A stretch of 64,000 nt of DNA from Bdellovibrionales bacterium (GCA_965197425.1 CBDANC010000015.1:128001-192000); one strand, 5' to 3'. Counted from the first letter of the stretch, positions 28,983 to 38,873 are shown. Notes: generated by a model not told the origin, from the letters alone. Program-made: numbers and translations.

Positions 28983-31900
28983 TTAATGTTTAGCTCTCAG
29001 TGCTTTTGCAGTTATTGCATTGGAAACTGTCGAAAGATCTAAAGGAGCAACACTCCTATCAGAATATTCAGAAACAGTTTTAATTGTATACTGTGCTGCC
29101 TCAGATGAGTCTGCAACAATACCCCTATGAGGTCCTCCAATTCTAATTGAACTATTAGAAAGATTGTTATTGTGATGATAACGGCAGTATCCAACATATG
29201 AATCTATATCGACATCTTCACAAAGTTCCGATACTAAAACCTCCTTGTCAGCGCTAAATACAGGAACGAATTGATTGGTCCCAGAATAGGACATTATAGT
29301 TGAAACTGGAAGATCGCTTAGATACCCTCCATAGCCATAGCCAAACCCAGTAGCATTTGCACCATTAAGTCCAAACGATCCCGGATCTGCCCCAGCGTTC
29401 AACAGTGTATCTACATCATGGTGAAGACCTAAAATATGACCAATTTCATGCGCTAATATACTAGAAGCTGAATAGTAGTTACCACTACTATTACTTGAAA
29501 AGAAATGATCCCTAACCCTTACAACTCCCCTAGAGTTCCATCTGGATAAAGAGTGATGATTAATATAGAACGGATTTATTGTTGCCGCACCACCTCCTGT
29601 GCCAAGAACAACTGAAAAAATTATGTCAGCAGGGTGATCCTTACGAATAATCGGGAGGAACTCCAAAAGTAATGCTTGTTCCCCTTGTCCATATGAAGAG
29701 CCAGCATTAAGCCTTTCATCTTCAAAAAATAAATCATCAAAGGAAGGCAGATCACATAGCAAATACCCTCTATACTCAGAAAAAGGACTCATTACTGAAG
29801 CCCTAAGCTCAACATTTATCCCAGATCTCTGAAATAACCTGTTTGTATTTTCAATAACATTATCTTCAAACTTCTTTCGCCAATCACCAATAGCATTGTT
29901 TACAATAGTATCTGAAAAAATGAATGCAGCATCAATAACATACCTAGTGTTAGGCTCTGCTTTTTCAAACTTTTGTCTTTGCTCATCACCACCAAATATA
30001 TCATCCGACATTGCACCATCAAAGGCTACGTCATCTGGTAAAGAGGCAAATGCTCCAGTTGCATATGTATCACATGTAAAACGATCTACTTCCTCCTGAT
30101 CACCATGCTGCTCATGATAGCGATCATAACTTGATGTAGATGGTCTGTATTCAACATCACAAGAATTGAAAGCATACACAACTCCATAATCTCCATGATA
30201 AAATGTTTTTGTGTCGTCTAAATAGGAATTAACAGAGCTACTATCAGCGATCTTAGCTACATCAGATCTTCTGGCAAAATTGCTGACCACAACATCATAA
30301 ACAACCCACTCAGTAAAAATTTCTCCGAAATGTGTTGCAGGCTCATACGGAGGATTTATAGTAATAACAGTCTTACCACCTAAATGACTTACCGATGCTA
30401 GGTTCAAACCTATAGGTCCGTTTAATCTTACACGATCCTCTCTAGGCCGATATTCCCTTTCAGAAATCTCTATCATCTCTAGAATATCTTCCTTTGTAAT
30501 CTCTCGCCACTGGCCAGAATCAGGTAAATATACAACCTCTGAATCAAAATAAATCTTTATAACTTCTGTTGGATCCCAACTGGACTCAATTAACTCCCTT
30601 CCTCCTCTTGGAGTGAAAGTGTAGACTACCTGAGGAATCCTAATGCAGTCCTTCGAGCCATCATCATTTGTTAGCTCAAAATAGCCAGAAGCATTCTCTT
30701 CACACAAGGTGCTAATATTAGGTGTTGAAAATGAAGAGTATTCTTTGTTTATTAGTGCAAGGTAGTCTTCTGTGTTGGTAGCATCTAAGACTTTCGAGAC
30801 GTTTAAAGAACTGGCATAGTTTTTTACCTTTACTGAATAACTTCCAGCAGGATAGCTTGGTTGAGGAGTTAGGATAAAATATGAGCTTTCCTCCTCAACT
30901 CCTGCTTCCATCTGAAATCTAAATGTACTAGTTAATAGATTTGTGCCTCCTGTGTTTAGTTCGATCATGTTTCTTGCAAAAGCTGCTGTAAGCCCTTCAT
31001 AACGAGAAGAATCTATAAAACTTATTCTTTCATCAAAACTTACCTTTATAGAGTGATCTGAGATTGTAGATGTATCTTCTACGGTGTTTCCTTCTTTATC
31101 AAGGTAAGTAATAGTAGGAGGGTTTATAAGCTTAATACAATCTGTTGTATTATCATCATAAGTTAACTCAAAATAACCAACTTCTTCTCTTCCACAAGGA
31201 GTTTCTATGTTAAAAGGTTGTTCTTGGCTTATTTCAGCTAGATAGCTTTGAATGTTATTACTTGCTAAAATAGCTCCATCATCATCACTTTTTGCATAAT
31301 TACCTACAGACAATACATACTGACCCAGCTCATATCTATTATCATTAGGAGGATTTATAGTAATAACTGTATTTTCGTTAGATTCTGTGACAGATATCTG
31401 ATCTTCACCAATAGGACCATCTACAGTTGCAAGATCAACTCCTGAACTATTAGTAATTGCAATCATTTCTAAGATATTTGGCTTGGTTAGACTGTTGGAT
31501 GTAATACCGTCTGTGTACACTATCTTAGCATCAAACTCCATTCTTATAATAGTGGTAGGATCTCCACTGTGTTCATCAGAAAAACTTTCTTTATCTTGTG
31601 TAAAGGTAAAGCTTAGTTGAGGTAGCTTTATACAACTAGTAGTTAAATTATTATTTGTTAGCTCAAAATAACCAGGTTCATTATTAGTACAAGAAGTTGG
31701 TATTACAGGAGATGTAAAAGAGGATAAGGACTGTGACATAGCATTAATCTTGCTAAGATACTCAGCTCTGTTAGTAGCATTAGCAATCTTGGATATATCA
31801 GCCTTCTTTGCATAATTACTCACACCAACTACATAATCTCCAGCAGGGTAGTTGGTTTCCGGAGTTAAAGTAAAAGAAGTCTCATCACTTGAAATCTCTA

Positions 31901-32984
31901 TGGTAAAACCAAAGCCAACATCTAACAGATCTATATTGCCTAACTTTATATCAACCATCTTAACTACATTCTCGGGAGTTAAGTTTCCATGGTCAGTAGC
32001 ATCAATAAAGCCTACAGCCTCTTTGAAGGTTACCTTTATGCTGTGATTTGTGATTTCATTTGTGTTTATAACATTCCCATCTTCATCAAGATAAGTAATA
32101 GTAGGAGGTTCGATGAGCTGTATACAGTTGCTAGCACTATTACCAGTAGAACTAGTTAGCTGAAAATACCCTGGTTCTCCCCTGGTACAAGGAGTCTCTA
32201 TTATTGGATCAGGATCTGGTTCTGTAACATCACCACATGAAGCTATACCTAGTGTGGCTAATATTAACATAGCTCCATTCAAAACAGGCTTTACTCTAGA
32301 AGTTACTAAGTTTGATCTTACTAAATTTCTTGCTAATTTTAACCTTTTAATGGGGGTAAAGGAAATAAGAAGTCCTGCTGCGGAAACTCCGCTGGTAACT
32401 GAAAATGTAGAGCTTCCTTCGTTAGATAATGTGGGATTATTAGAGTTTTGAGCTTGAACATTGGAATTACCTAATTCTAAGCCTCTTAGAGCAGATTCAC
32501 CATAAGACTTATAATCACTGTTATTTCTACCGTCTTCTATGCTTTTACTATTACCAGTGGAGTATCCATCTACATTTGTAAAACCAAGTGCTCTACAAAA
32601 TGATTGGTTGGTGTTTGAGTCAGAAGAACATAGAGATGATACAAACTCTAGGATGCTCTCAGTACAACCTTCGGTATCAATTAATAAATTTCCATTAGAA
32701 TCTGTCTTTTGTAGTTTATCGAAGAATTCCTGTGAAGACAGGGTGGATACTCCACTCGTACTATTTGCCTCAGTTTGAGTAACTTCCTGTAAAACCTCAC
32801 ATGAAGAGACTGCACTTTGTGCTAATCTAAGATCCGTTGTACTAGGATCTGTGAAACTGTTGAAGTGTCCGCTTTGGGCATTAGAATTAACTGAGAAAAC
32901 GAGAAGAAGTAAAAAACTCACTCGGGTTATGTAATCACTACGAATGGTGTAATCAAAGAAATTATATTTTAATAAATTTCTCAA
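28983..32984 (-). CDS. Large secreted metzincin (reprolysin/M12-like) zinc metalloprotease with four internal repeats
   Basis: HEIGHILGLHHD zinc motif and STIMSY Met-turn near the C-terminus; four C..GYFxLT..C-headed domains; GAGGAG SD before a TTG start. Confidence 0.85.
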   Translation of the reverse strand: MRNLLKYNFFDYTIRSDYITRVSFLLLLVFSVNSNAQSGHFNSFTDPSTTDLRLAQSAVSSCEVLQEVTQTEANSTSGVSTLSSQEFFDKLQKTDSNGNLLIDTEGCTESILEFVSSLCSSDSNTNQSFCRALGFTNVDGYSTGNSKSIEDGRNNSDYKSYGESALRGLELGNSNVQAQNSNNPTLSNEGSSTFSVTSGVSAAGLLISFTPIKRLKLARNLVRSNLVTSRVKPVLNGAMLILATLGIASCGDVTEPDPDPIIETPCTRGEPGYFQLTSSTGNSASNCIQLIEPPTITYLDEDGNVINTNEITNHSIKVTFKEAVGFIDATDHGNLTPENVVKMVDIKLGNIDLLDVGFGFTIEISSDETSFTLTPETNYPAGDYVVGVSNYAKKADISKIANATNRAEYLSKINAMSQSLSSFTSPVIPTSCTNNEPGYFELTNNNLTTSCIKLPQLSFTFTQDKESFSDEHSGDPTTIIRMEFDAKIVYTDGITSNSLTKPNILEMIAITNSSGVDLATVDGPIGEDQISVTESNENTVITINPPNDNRYELGQYVLSVGNYAKSDDDGAILASNNIQSYLAEISQEQPFNIETPCGREEVGYFELTYDDNTTDCIKLINPPTITYLDKEGNTVEDTSTISDHSIKVSFDERISFIDSSRYEGLTAAFARNMIELNTGGTNLLTSTFRFQMEAGVEEESSYFILTPQPSYPAGSYSVKVKNYASSLNVSKVLDATNTEDYLALINKEYSSFSTPNISTLCEENASGYFELTNDDGSKDCIRIPQVVYTFTPRGGRELIESSWDPTEVIKIYFDSEVVYLPDSGQWREITKEDILEMIEISEREYRPREDRVRLNGPIGLNLASVSHLGGKTVITINPPYEPATHFGEIFTEWVVYDVVVSNFARRSDVAKIADSSSVNSYLDDTKTFYHGDYGVVYAFNSCDVEYRPSTSSYDRYHEQHGDQEEVDRFTCDTYATGAFASLPDDVAFDGAMSDDIFGGDEQRQKFEKAEPNTRYVIDAAFIFSDTIVNNAIGDWRKKFEDNVIENTNRLFQRSGINVELRASVMSPFSEYRGYLLCDLPSFDDLFFEDERLNAGSSYGQGEQALLLEFLPIIRKDHPADIIFSVVLGTGGGAATINPFYINHHSLSRWNSRGVVRVRDHFFSSNSSGNYYSASSILAHEIGHILGLHHDVDTLLNAGADPGSFGLNGANATGFGYGYGGYLSDLPVSTIMSYSGTNQFVPVFSADKEVLVSELCEDVDIDSYVGYCRYHHNNNLSNSSIRIGGPHRGIVADSSEAAQYTIKTVSEYSDRSVAPLDLSTVSNAITAKALRAKH

Positions 32985-33283
32985 AGTTTATGTACTCCTC
33001 AGTAATAATAAGAATATAGAGAATCCATTCGTGTTTGCAAAAAACTAACCTTCAAAAGAAAGCAAAGTTCGTTTATCATCTTTAGTAAATCAACTTGAGA
33101 CAGATTAAAAGCACTTGTTGGCGGACGCTCTGACCGGTAGTGTACAAAATTTATGCTTATAAGTCAACACTGTAAAAATTAGTCATGTTAGTCACAAAGT
33201 GATATAGGTTGTATGTTCAAGTGATTTTAAACTATAAGCGTGGTGTTGTGGTGGAAACTCCATTGGTAGAGGTTTTGTAGATA

Positions 33284-34078
33284 ATGAAAATAACCAAAAT
33301 GTCAGGGGCAGGGAACACATTTTTGATAATAAATGCAATTGGAAAAGAAGCCTTTCAGAAACAAAACCTACCTAGCTTAGCTTCCAAGCTGTGCACAGAA
33401 CACAATACTGATGGTCTGGTTCTGTTAAAGGAAAATACTAAAGTTGATTTTGAGTGGGAATTTTTAAATATAAATGGCTCCCATGCTGATATGTGCGGAA
33501 ATGCTGCCAGATGTGTTGTTATGTATGCTTTTGAAAACAAAATTGCAGCTAAAAAAGTCGAATTTCAGGCAAAAAATAAAATTATAAAAGGTGAGGTTGT
33601 AGACAATAAAACAGTAAAAGTATTTATGGGAAAATCTAGTGCGATAGATTCCTTAAAAGTGTGTGGTGAAGAAGGATTATTGATAGACTCTGGAGTTTTA
33701 CATTTTGTTATAGAAATAAAAAACATAAATGATCTAAACCTGGCTCAGGTAGCATCAGGCATTCAAAAAGAGCCAGGGCCAGCAAATAATGCTAACATAA
33801 CTTTTTTTTGTAGATCTGATAGTAATAGCCAAACAAATTATGTCAAGACATTTGAAAGAGGAGTTTTTAAGTTCACAAAGGCTTGTGGTACAGGTGCTGT
33901 GGCAGTAGGAACAGCCTTAGTGTTTCAGAAGAAACATGCATTTAATGAGCTTATAAACCTTTCGTTTGAGGGTGGTATACTTACTGTATCTGTGTTAGAT
34001 AATTATCAAGATACACTGCTTATGGGAGGTGTGGAAACATTGGATATATTTGAACAAGATTTGAGTCTTTTAAGATGA
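33284..34078 (+). CDS. dapF: Diaminopimelate epimerase
   Basis: KMSGAGNTF, MCGNAARC, FERGV..TKACGTGA. Confidence 0.93.
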   Translation: MKITKMSGAGNTFLIINAIGKEAFQKQNLPSLASKLCTEHNTDGLVLLKENTKVDFEWEFLNINGSHADMCGNAARCVVMYAFENKIAAKKVEFQAKNKIIKGEVVDNKTVKVFMGKSSAIDSLKVCGEEGLLIDSGVLHFVIEIKNINDLNLAQVASGIQKEPGPANNANITFFCRSDSNSQTNYVKTFERGVFKFTKACGTGAVAVGTALVFQKKHAFNELINLSFEGGILTVSVLDNYQDTLLMGGVETLDIFEQDLSLLR

Positions 34079-34965
34079 ATTTTTCAGGAGTTTTTTCAGC
34101 ACTACCAACACCATTTAATGGTGGTGAAGTGGACTTTACATCTCTAATAAGGTTAGTACAGCATCAATTAGACAACGATATTGATGGTATTGTCGTAATG
34201 GGTACAACAGCAGAAAGCCCTGTGTTGTCCTTGAAACAAAGGGAAGCTATCTTTCAAGTTGTAGATGAACGAGTTTCATCAAAGGTACCCATTGTGGTGG
34301 GAACAGGCAGTAATAGCACTCAAGATACAATAGAAAAATCTAAAATAGCAAGAAATTGGGGTGCAGATGCTCTTTTGTGTGTAGTTCCCTATTATAACAA
34401 ACCTCCACAAAGAGGATTATTGAACCACTTTTCCGCAATTAGTAAGGCAGTAAGTGATATACCAATTATCTTATACAATGTTCCTTCAAGAACAGTTACA
34501 TCCTTGAATCTTGAAACAATAGTAGAACTATCTAAGCTTGGTAATGTAATAGGTATTAAGGAAGCTAGTGGTGATATGAAATTTGATGCACAAATTATCA
34601 AGTCTACTAATAAGAAATTTTTAACCTTAAGTGGTGATGATCCTAGTTTCTTTAAATTTTTAGAGACAGGTGGTGATGGTATAATATCTGTTGTTTCTAA
34701 TGTCATACCAAGAGAGTTTTCTTCTGTATTTAAGTTGTATAAAGAGGGGAATGTAAAAGAGGCAAAAACTCTTTTTTCTAAAGTTAAACCTTTAATTGGG
34801 GCGCTAAATTTTGATTCAAACCCAATTCCTATAAAAGCAGCTTTGAATATCTGTGCTTTGTTCAAAACCAAGGAAGTAGTAAGTCCTCTAGCGGATGCTC
34901 TGGAGAATGATGTTTTAAAACTTAAAAAAGTTATGTCTAAGGTACTTAAGATGGAGTTTGAATGA
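34075..34965 (+). CDS. dapA: 4-hydroxy-tetrahydrodipicolinate synthase
   Basis: GTTAES, PYYNKP, LYNVPSRT, GIKEASG, LSGDD, NPIPIK. Confidence 0.96.
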   Translation: MNFSGVFSALPTPFNGGEVDFTSLIRLVQHQLDNDIDGIVVMGTTAESPVLSLKQREAIFQVVDERVSSKVPIVVGTGSNSTQDTIEKSKIARNWGADALLCVVPYYNKPPQRGLLNHFSAISKAVSDIPIILYNVPSRTVTSLNLETIVELSKLGNVIGIKEASGDMKFDAQIIKSTNKKFLTLSGDDPSFFKFLETGGDGIISVVSNVIPREFSSVFKLYKEGNVKEAKTLFSKVKPLIGALNFDSNPIPIKAALNICALFKTKEVVSPLADALENDVLKLKKVMSKVLKMEFE

Positions 34966-35639
34966 GTAAAATTAATTTAGCTGTTATAGGTGCTAGCGGC
35001 AGAATGGGAAAAGAGATAACTAGTCTCGTTAAAAGTGATAACAGTTTGTTGTTAAAAGCGGAAGTATCTAGATCAGGTCCTATTAAGAGTTTGGACAAAG
35101 TAGATCAAAAAATTGATGTGGCCATTGATTTTTCTTTAGTAGAAAATTTTAAAAACACACTTGATTGGTGCGTTTCAAGAAATATCAAGCTGGTAAGCGG
35201 TGTTACGGGTTTAGGGTCAGATGAAGTTGATGCACTACACTCAGCTTCAGGGAGGATCCCATGTCTATGGTCGCCTAATATGAGTTTAGGCATAAATTTA
35301 ATGGCTAAAATGCTTGGTATGTTATCTAGTTTAACTGATTATGACATACAGTTAGTGGAAACCCACCACGAGGGTAAAAAAGATTCTCCGAGTGGGACTG
35401 CTGTTTTTTTGCAAGATATTTTGGACAAAGAAGGCCTTAAAACACAAAAACCAATATCTATAAGAGGTGGTGGTGTGTACGGTGTTCATGAAGTTTTGGC
35501 TATGGGAGAAGGAGACATGATTAGCTTAAAGCACACTGCCTTAAACCGTCTTGTTTTTGCTAAGGGGGCAATTGCTTCGGCAAAGTGGATAAACACTATT
35601 AAAACCCCAGGGCTTTACTCTATCAAAGATATTTTATAA
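34962..35639 (+). CDS. dapB: 4-hydroxy-tetrahydrodipicolinate reductase
   Basis: GASGRMG, IDFS, GVTG, PNMSLG, ETHHEGKKDSPSGTA. Confidence 0.95.
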   Translation: MSKINLAVIGASGRMGKEITSLVKSDNSLLLKAEVSRSGPIKSLDKVDQKIDVAIDFSLVENFKNTLDWCVSRNIKLVSGVTGLGSDEVDALHSASGRIPCLWSPNMSLGINLMAKMLGMLSSLTDYDIQLVETHHEGKKDSPSGTAVFLQDILDKEGLKTQKPISIRGGGVYGVHEVLAMGEGDMISLKHTALNRLVFAKGAIASAKWINTIKTPGLYSIKDIL

Positions 35640-35680
35640 AGATTGCCTGATCAATGTGATTGGATCAACTGTGAGGTCAA

Positions 35681-35750
35681 GAGCTGGGCAACCACTCAGT
35701 CAAAAAAAATGAACAAGTCCACTTATTTTTGACTTCGTTCGAAAAACCTT
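35681..35750 (+). repeat. Type-A hairpin repeat element (short core)
   Basis: GAGCTGGGCAACCACTCAGTCAAAAAAAATGAACAAGTCCACTTATTTTTGACTTCGTTCGAAAAACCTT; abuts the stop codon of the four-helix-bundle gene. Confidence 0.85.
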
Positions 35751-36043
35751 TAAGTATTCTTACACAATTTATATAGATATCGTCCTAGTCTATCTGCTTC
35801 TTCTATTAGATTTTTATGGTTTACAATATTTAGTATTGCTTGCACTTCTCTGAGTGATCCGAGGCTGATTCTATAGAATTTTCTTCGATCTTTAGCTGTT
35901 GGTTTGGCACTTCCCTCTGCTAAATTGAGCACAATGCTTAAGATTGCTCTTTTGAACTGATTTTCAAGTGGTTCTTTTAAGTACAGGCTTCTAGAGTTTT
36001 TATAGAATTTAATTGCTAATTGATAAGTTTTTAATTTTTTCAT
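35750..36043 (-). CDS. Four-helix-bundle protein (23S rRNA IVS protein / TIGR02436-like)
   Basis: LKTYQLA...QFKRAILSIVLNLAEGS...RKFYRISLGSLREV family pattern; start ATG 36043 with AGGGAGG SD. Confidence 0.88.
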   Translation of the reverse strand: MKKLKTYQLAIKFYKNSRSLYLKEPLENQFKRAILSIVLNLAEGSAKPTAKDRRKFYRISLGSLREVQAILNIVNHKNLIEEADRLGRYLYKLCKNT

Positions 36044-36088
36044 AAAAATTTTCCTCCCTACCATCTTTTGATGGGAGGAAATTTTTTT
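36044..36088 (-). promoter_or_regulatory. Hairpin containing the Shine-Dalgarno of the four-helix-bundle gene
   Basis: Minus strand reads AAAATTTCCTCCCATC-AAAA-GATGGTAGGGAGGAAAATTTTT-ATG; CCTCCC can pair with GGGAGG. Confidence 0.65.
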
Positions 36089-36103
36089 GAAAAATTTAAA
36101 TCA

Positions 36104-36174
36104 ATTACCAGATTCCAGATTGCCTGACTGCCTGCTTGTCAGTTTGCCGTAGTACCTGTTTGCCGGACTGTTTA
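36104..36174. repeat. Degenerate 8-nt periodic repeat (about 9 units, consensus nnTGCCWG)
   Basis: attaccag attccag attgcctg actgcctg cttgtcag tttgccgt agtacctg tttgccgg actgttta. Confidence 0.7.
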
Positions 36175-36233
36175 TTTATGATGTTGCTTAGCAACGAAAA
36201 CGCCTTAGAGTTTGGAGACTTGTAGTTTCTTAT

Positions 36234-37493
36234 GTGTTACCATTCGACATAGTGGCTGTTAGATTTTTTTTGTGTTTTTTATTTTCTTTTCCTGTATTTG
36301 CTGGTTCTTTTGAAGATGCTATCAAGTACATAGAAACCCACGAAACCGTCCTAGCTTTAAAAGATAAGGCTGATTCGGTTGTTGCTCAAAGTTATATAGA
36401 TGGATCTTGGGGTGATCCTGTGTTTAGTGTGATGGCAAAAAATTATCCCAGAAGCCTTGATGGCGGAGTATCCATGATGACGGGTATAGATTTTAGTATT
36501 AGGCAAAAAGTTGCCCTAACCAACCGGTATAGAAATATAAAAAAATCTCTTCTATATCAGTCTAATTCTTTAAAACACGAGGCTTTGGATCAAAAGCAGA
36601 TTCTGATAAAGGTCTTGTGGGAAACTTTAGTTCAAAAAAAACAAATTGAAGAAGAAATCAAAATTTTTAAAGAAAATTTAATTTGGATTACTAAAATATT
36701 AGAAGTAAGTAATAAACTTTATGCTAATGGAACAATTTCAAGTCAGGCTATTTTAGATGTTCAAATAAGAAAATCAGAAATAGATATATTAATAACTAAC
36801 AAGGAATTTGAAATTTTAAAAATTGCTGACAAACTAAAATACTTAACGGGAAGTAATAGTATTAAAGAAGACACAATACCTTGGAATATTTTAGATAGAC
36901 CAGGAGGTTCAGATGATAATGAAAATAAAAAAGAGGATAGTGATGAAAGTCAGAACGAAAATAAAGATGCAGAGGTAAAGTATAAATTGGATCATAAGGG
37001 TAAGTCTTATCTAGCTAGGAGAGCTTCCAAGAACTTGTTATTAAAGGCCACAAAAAAAGGATTTTTGCCTGATCTAAGTATCTCTGCTGTTTACACCAAA
37101 AGACAGGATGAGGATTTTGTGGGGTTATCTGTTGGTCTTGCCTTACCTTTTGTAACACATAGAAAAGTAAGTAAGGCTTTATCGGAGAAGTCTTTATTGG
37201 AAAGAAAGTATCGGGATTATAAGAATAAAAGGAAGCTCGAAATTGTTCTTGCTAAAACAGAGTTATCTAAAATTCAAAAAGAGCTTAGCATTTTATCCGA
37301 TAAAACGATAAAATTTGCAACAGACCTTAGAAATATAACTGCAAAGTCTTATAGTTTGGGAAGCTCTAGTTATACTGAATTATTACAAAGTGAGCTTAAA
37401 TTGCAGCAAATGTTGTTAAAGCAAATTATGTTAGAGGCTAAATCCAAATTGACTAAGGTAGAACTTAGATATCTAGGAGCGTATGATGGTTAG
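36234..37493 (+). CDS. TolC-family outer-membrane efflux protein (CusC-like)
   Basis: Signal peptide, DP and LPD turn motifs, helical repeats with YxxG; first gene of an RND triad. Confidence 0.82.
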   Translation: MLPFDIVAVRFFLCFLFSFPVFAGSFEDAIKYIETHETVLALKDKADSVVAQSYIDGSWGDPVFSVMAKNYPRSLDGGVSMMTGIDFSIRQKVALTNRYRNIKKSLLYQSNSLKHEALDQKQILIKVLWETLVQKKQIEEEIKIFKENLIWITKILEVSNKLYANGTISSQAILDVQIRKSEIDILITNKEFEILKIADKLKYLTGSNSIKEDTIPWNILDRPGGSDDNENKKEDSDESQNENKDAEVKYKLDHKGKSYLARRASKNLLLKATKKGFLPDLSISAVYTKRQDEDFVGLSVGLALPFVTHRKVSKALSEKSLLERKYRDYKNKRKLEIVLAKTELSKIQKELSILSDKTIKFATDLRNITAKSYSLGSSSYTELLQSELKLQQMLLKQIMLEAKSKLTKVELRYLGAYDG

Positions 37494-38850
37494 ATTGCTT
37501 ATTTGTTCAGTTTTGGTTTTTTCGACGACGACAGCTTGTACAAAAAAATCAGAACAAAAGGCATCAAATATTTACTACACATGCTCCATGCATCCTGAAA
37601 TTAGGGAGCCTAAGGCCGGAAAATGTCCAATATGTCATATGGATTTGGTGTCAGTTGAAATAGACAAAATAGACAAAATAGACAAAAAGAATAATAAGGC
37701 AGCTTTACAGGTTAAAAATTCTAAAAATAACGACGAATATTACTGCAAGAATTTTCCAGAAGTTAAAAGTAAGTTTGGAGGCGCATGTCCTGTGGATGGA
37801 ACTGCCATGATTCGGGATAAACAGACAGCTTCGGTTGAAAATGCCAAATTGGGAAAAATAGTAGCTCAGGTAAAACTTAAAAAGGCTCATATGAATCACT
37901 TTAAGCCTGAATTTTTTCCCGTAGCTAACATGAACATGGTAAAAAAAATTAGGTTGCTTGCTAGTGTGCTTAGATCGGAAGAGAAGGAAAGTAGAATTGC
38001 TGCAAAAGTGGATGGAAGAGTTGAAAAAGTATTCGTTAGATCCACGGGTAGTGCTGTTCGTGTTGGTAATCCTGTTTTAACTTTATATAGTCCAAAATTA
38101 ATAACTGCTGGTGAAGAATATTTAGTAGCCAGGAGAAGTTTTGCACAGAATAATTCTGCAGAATTTAGAAATATGTTAAATCAAAGTAAAGAGCGCCTAA
38201 AGCTTTGGGGAATTAAAACATTCCAATATGAAAAGTGGTATAGGGACGGTAAAGTTCCAAGGAAGATTGTTATTTATTCAGATGCCACTGGTGTGGTAAG
38301 GAAGAGAAATGCAGTAGTGGGAAAGTATTTTACCGTAGGACAAAACTTTTTTGAGCTATCAAACTTAGATGATGTTTGGGTTGAAATGGATGTTTATGAA
38401 CATGATTCATCTTTGGTACAAGTTGGTCAAAAGGTAGAGCTAAGTTTTGATGCAATACCAGGTGAAAAAGTTCAAGGTGTAATTGATTTTGTAAACCCAG
38501 TATTAGATCCAAAATCTAGAACTTTAAAGATAAGAGCTACTATACACAATTCTTCTGGTAAGCTTAAACCAGGTATGTTGGCTAATGCTGTATTGATCAT
38601 GAACATACCTGGAAATCCATTGGCTATACCTAGAAACGCAATGATTGATACTGGAAAGCGTAAAGTTGTTTGGATCAAATCAAAAGACAATAGCTTTGTA
38701 GCAAGAGCTGTGCAAACAGGTTATGAGTCTGATGGATATGTAGAAGTAAAGTCTGGTTTATCAATTGGAGATAGTGTTGTTATTGAAGGTAATTTTTTGT
38801 TAGATGCACAAGCCCAATTATTTGGTGGATACGAAGACATAACAGACTAA
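37483..38850 (+). CDS. cusB: Heavy-metal RND periplasmic adaptor (CusB-like) with heavy-metal-binding domains
   Basis: YTCSMHPEI..GKCPICHMDLV plus a second C..CPVDG unit; YSPKL, LKPGM, IPRNA. Confidence 0.85.
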   Translation: MMVRLLICSVLVFSTTTACTKKSEQKASNIYYTCSMHPEIREPKAGKCPICHMDLVSVEIDKIDKIDKKNNKAALQVKNSKNNDEYYCKNFPEVKSKFGGACPVDGTAMIRDKQTASVENAKLGKIVAQVKLKKAHMNHFKPEFFPVANMNMVKKIRLLASVLRSEEKESRIAAKVDGRVEKVFVRSTGSAVRVGNPVLTLYSPKLITAGEEYLVARRSFAQNNSAEFRNMLNQSKERLKLWGIKTFQYEKWYRDGKVPRKIVIYSDATGVVRKRNAVVGKYFTVGQNFFELSNLDDVWVEMDVYEHDSSLVQVGQKVELSFDAIPGEKVQGVIDFVNPVLDPKSRTLKIRATIHNSSGKLKPGMLANAVLIMNIPGNPLAIPRNAMIDTGKRKVVWIKSKDNSFVARAVQTGYESDGYVEVKSGLSIGDSVVIEGNFLLDAQAQLFGGYEDITD

Positions 38851-38873
38851 GTGTAAGGTATTTTAGTTATGGG

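Noticed and set aside
35750..36043. Diversity-generating retroelement
   Set aside because: Only a distant Avd-like fold; no reverse transcriptase and no template/variable repeat pair differing at adenines in the window.
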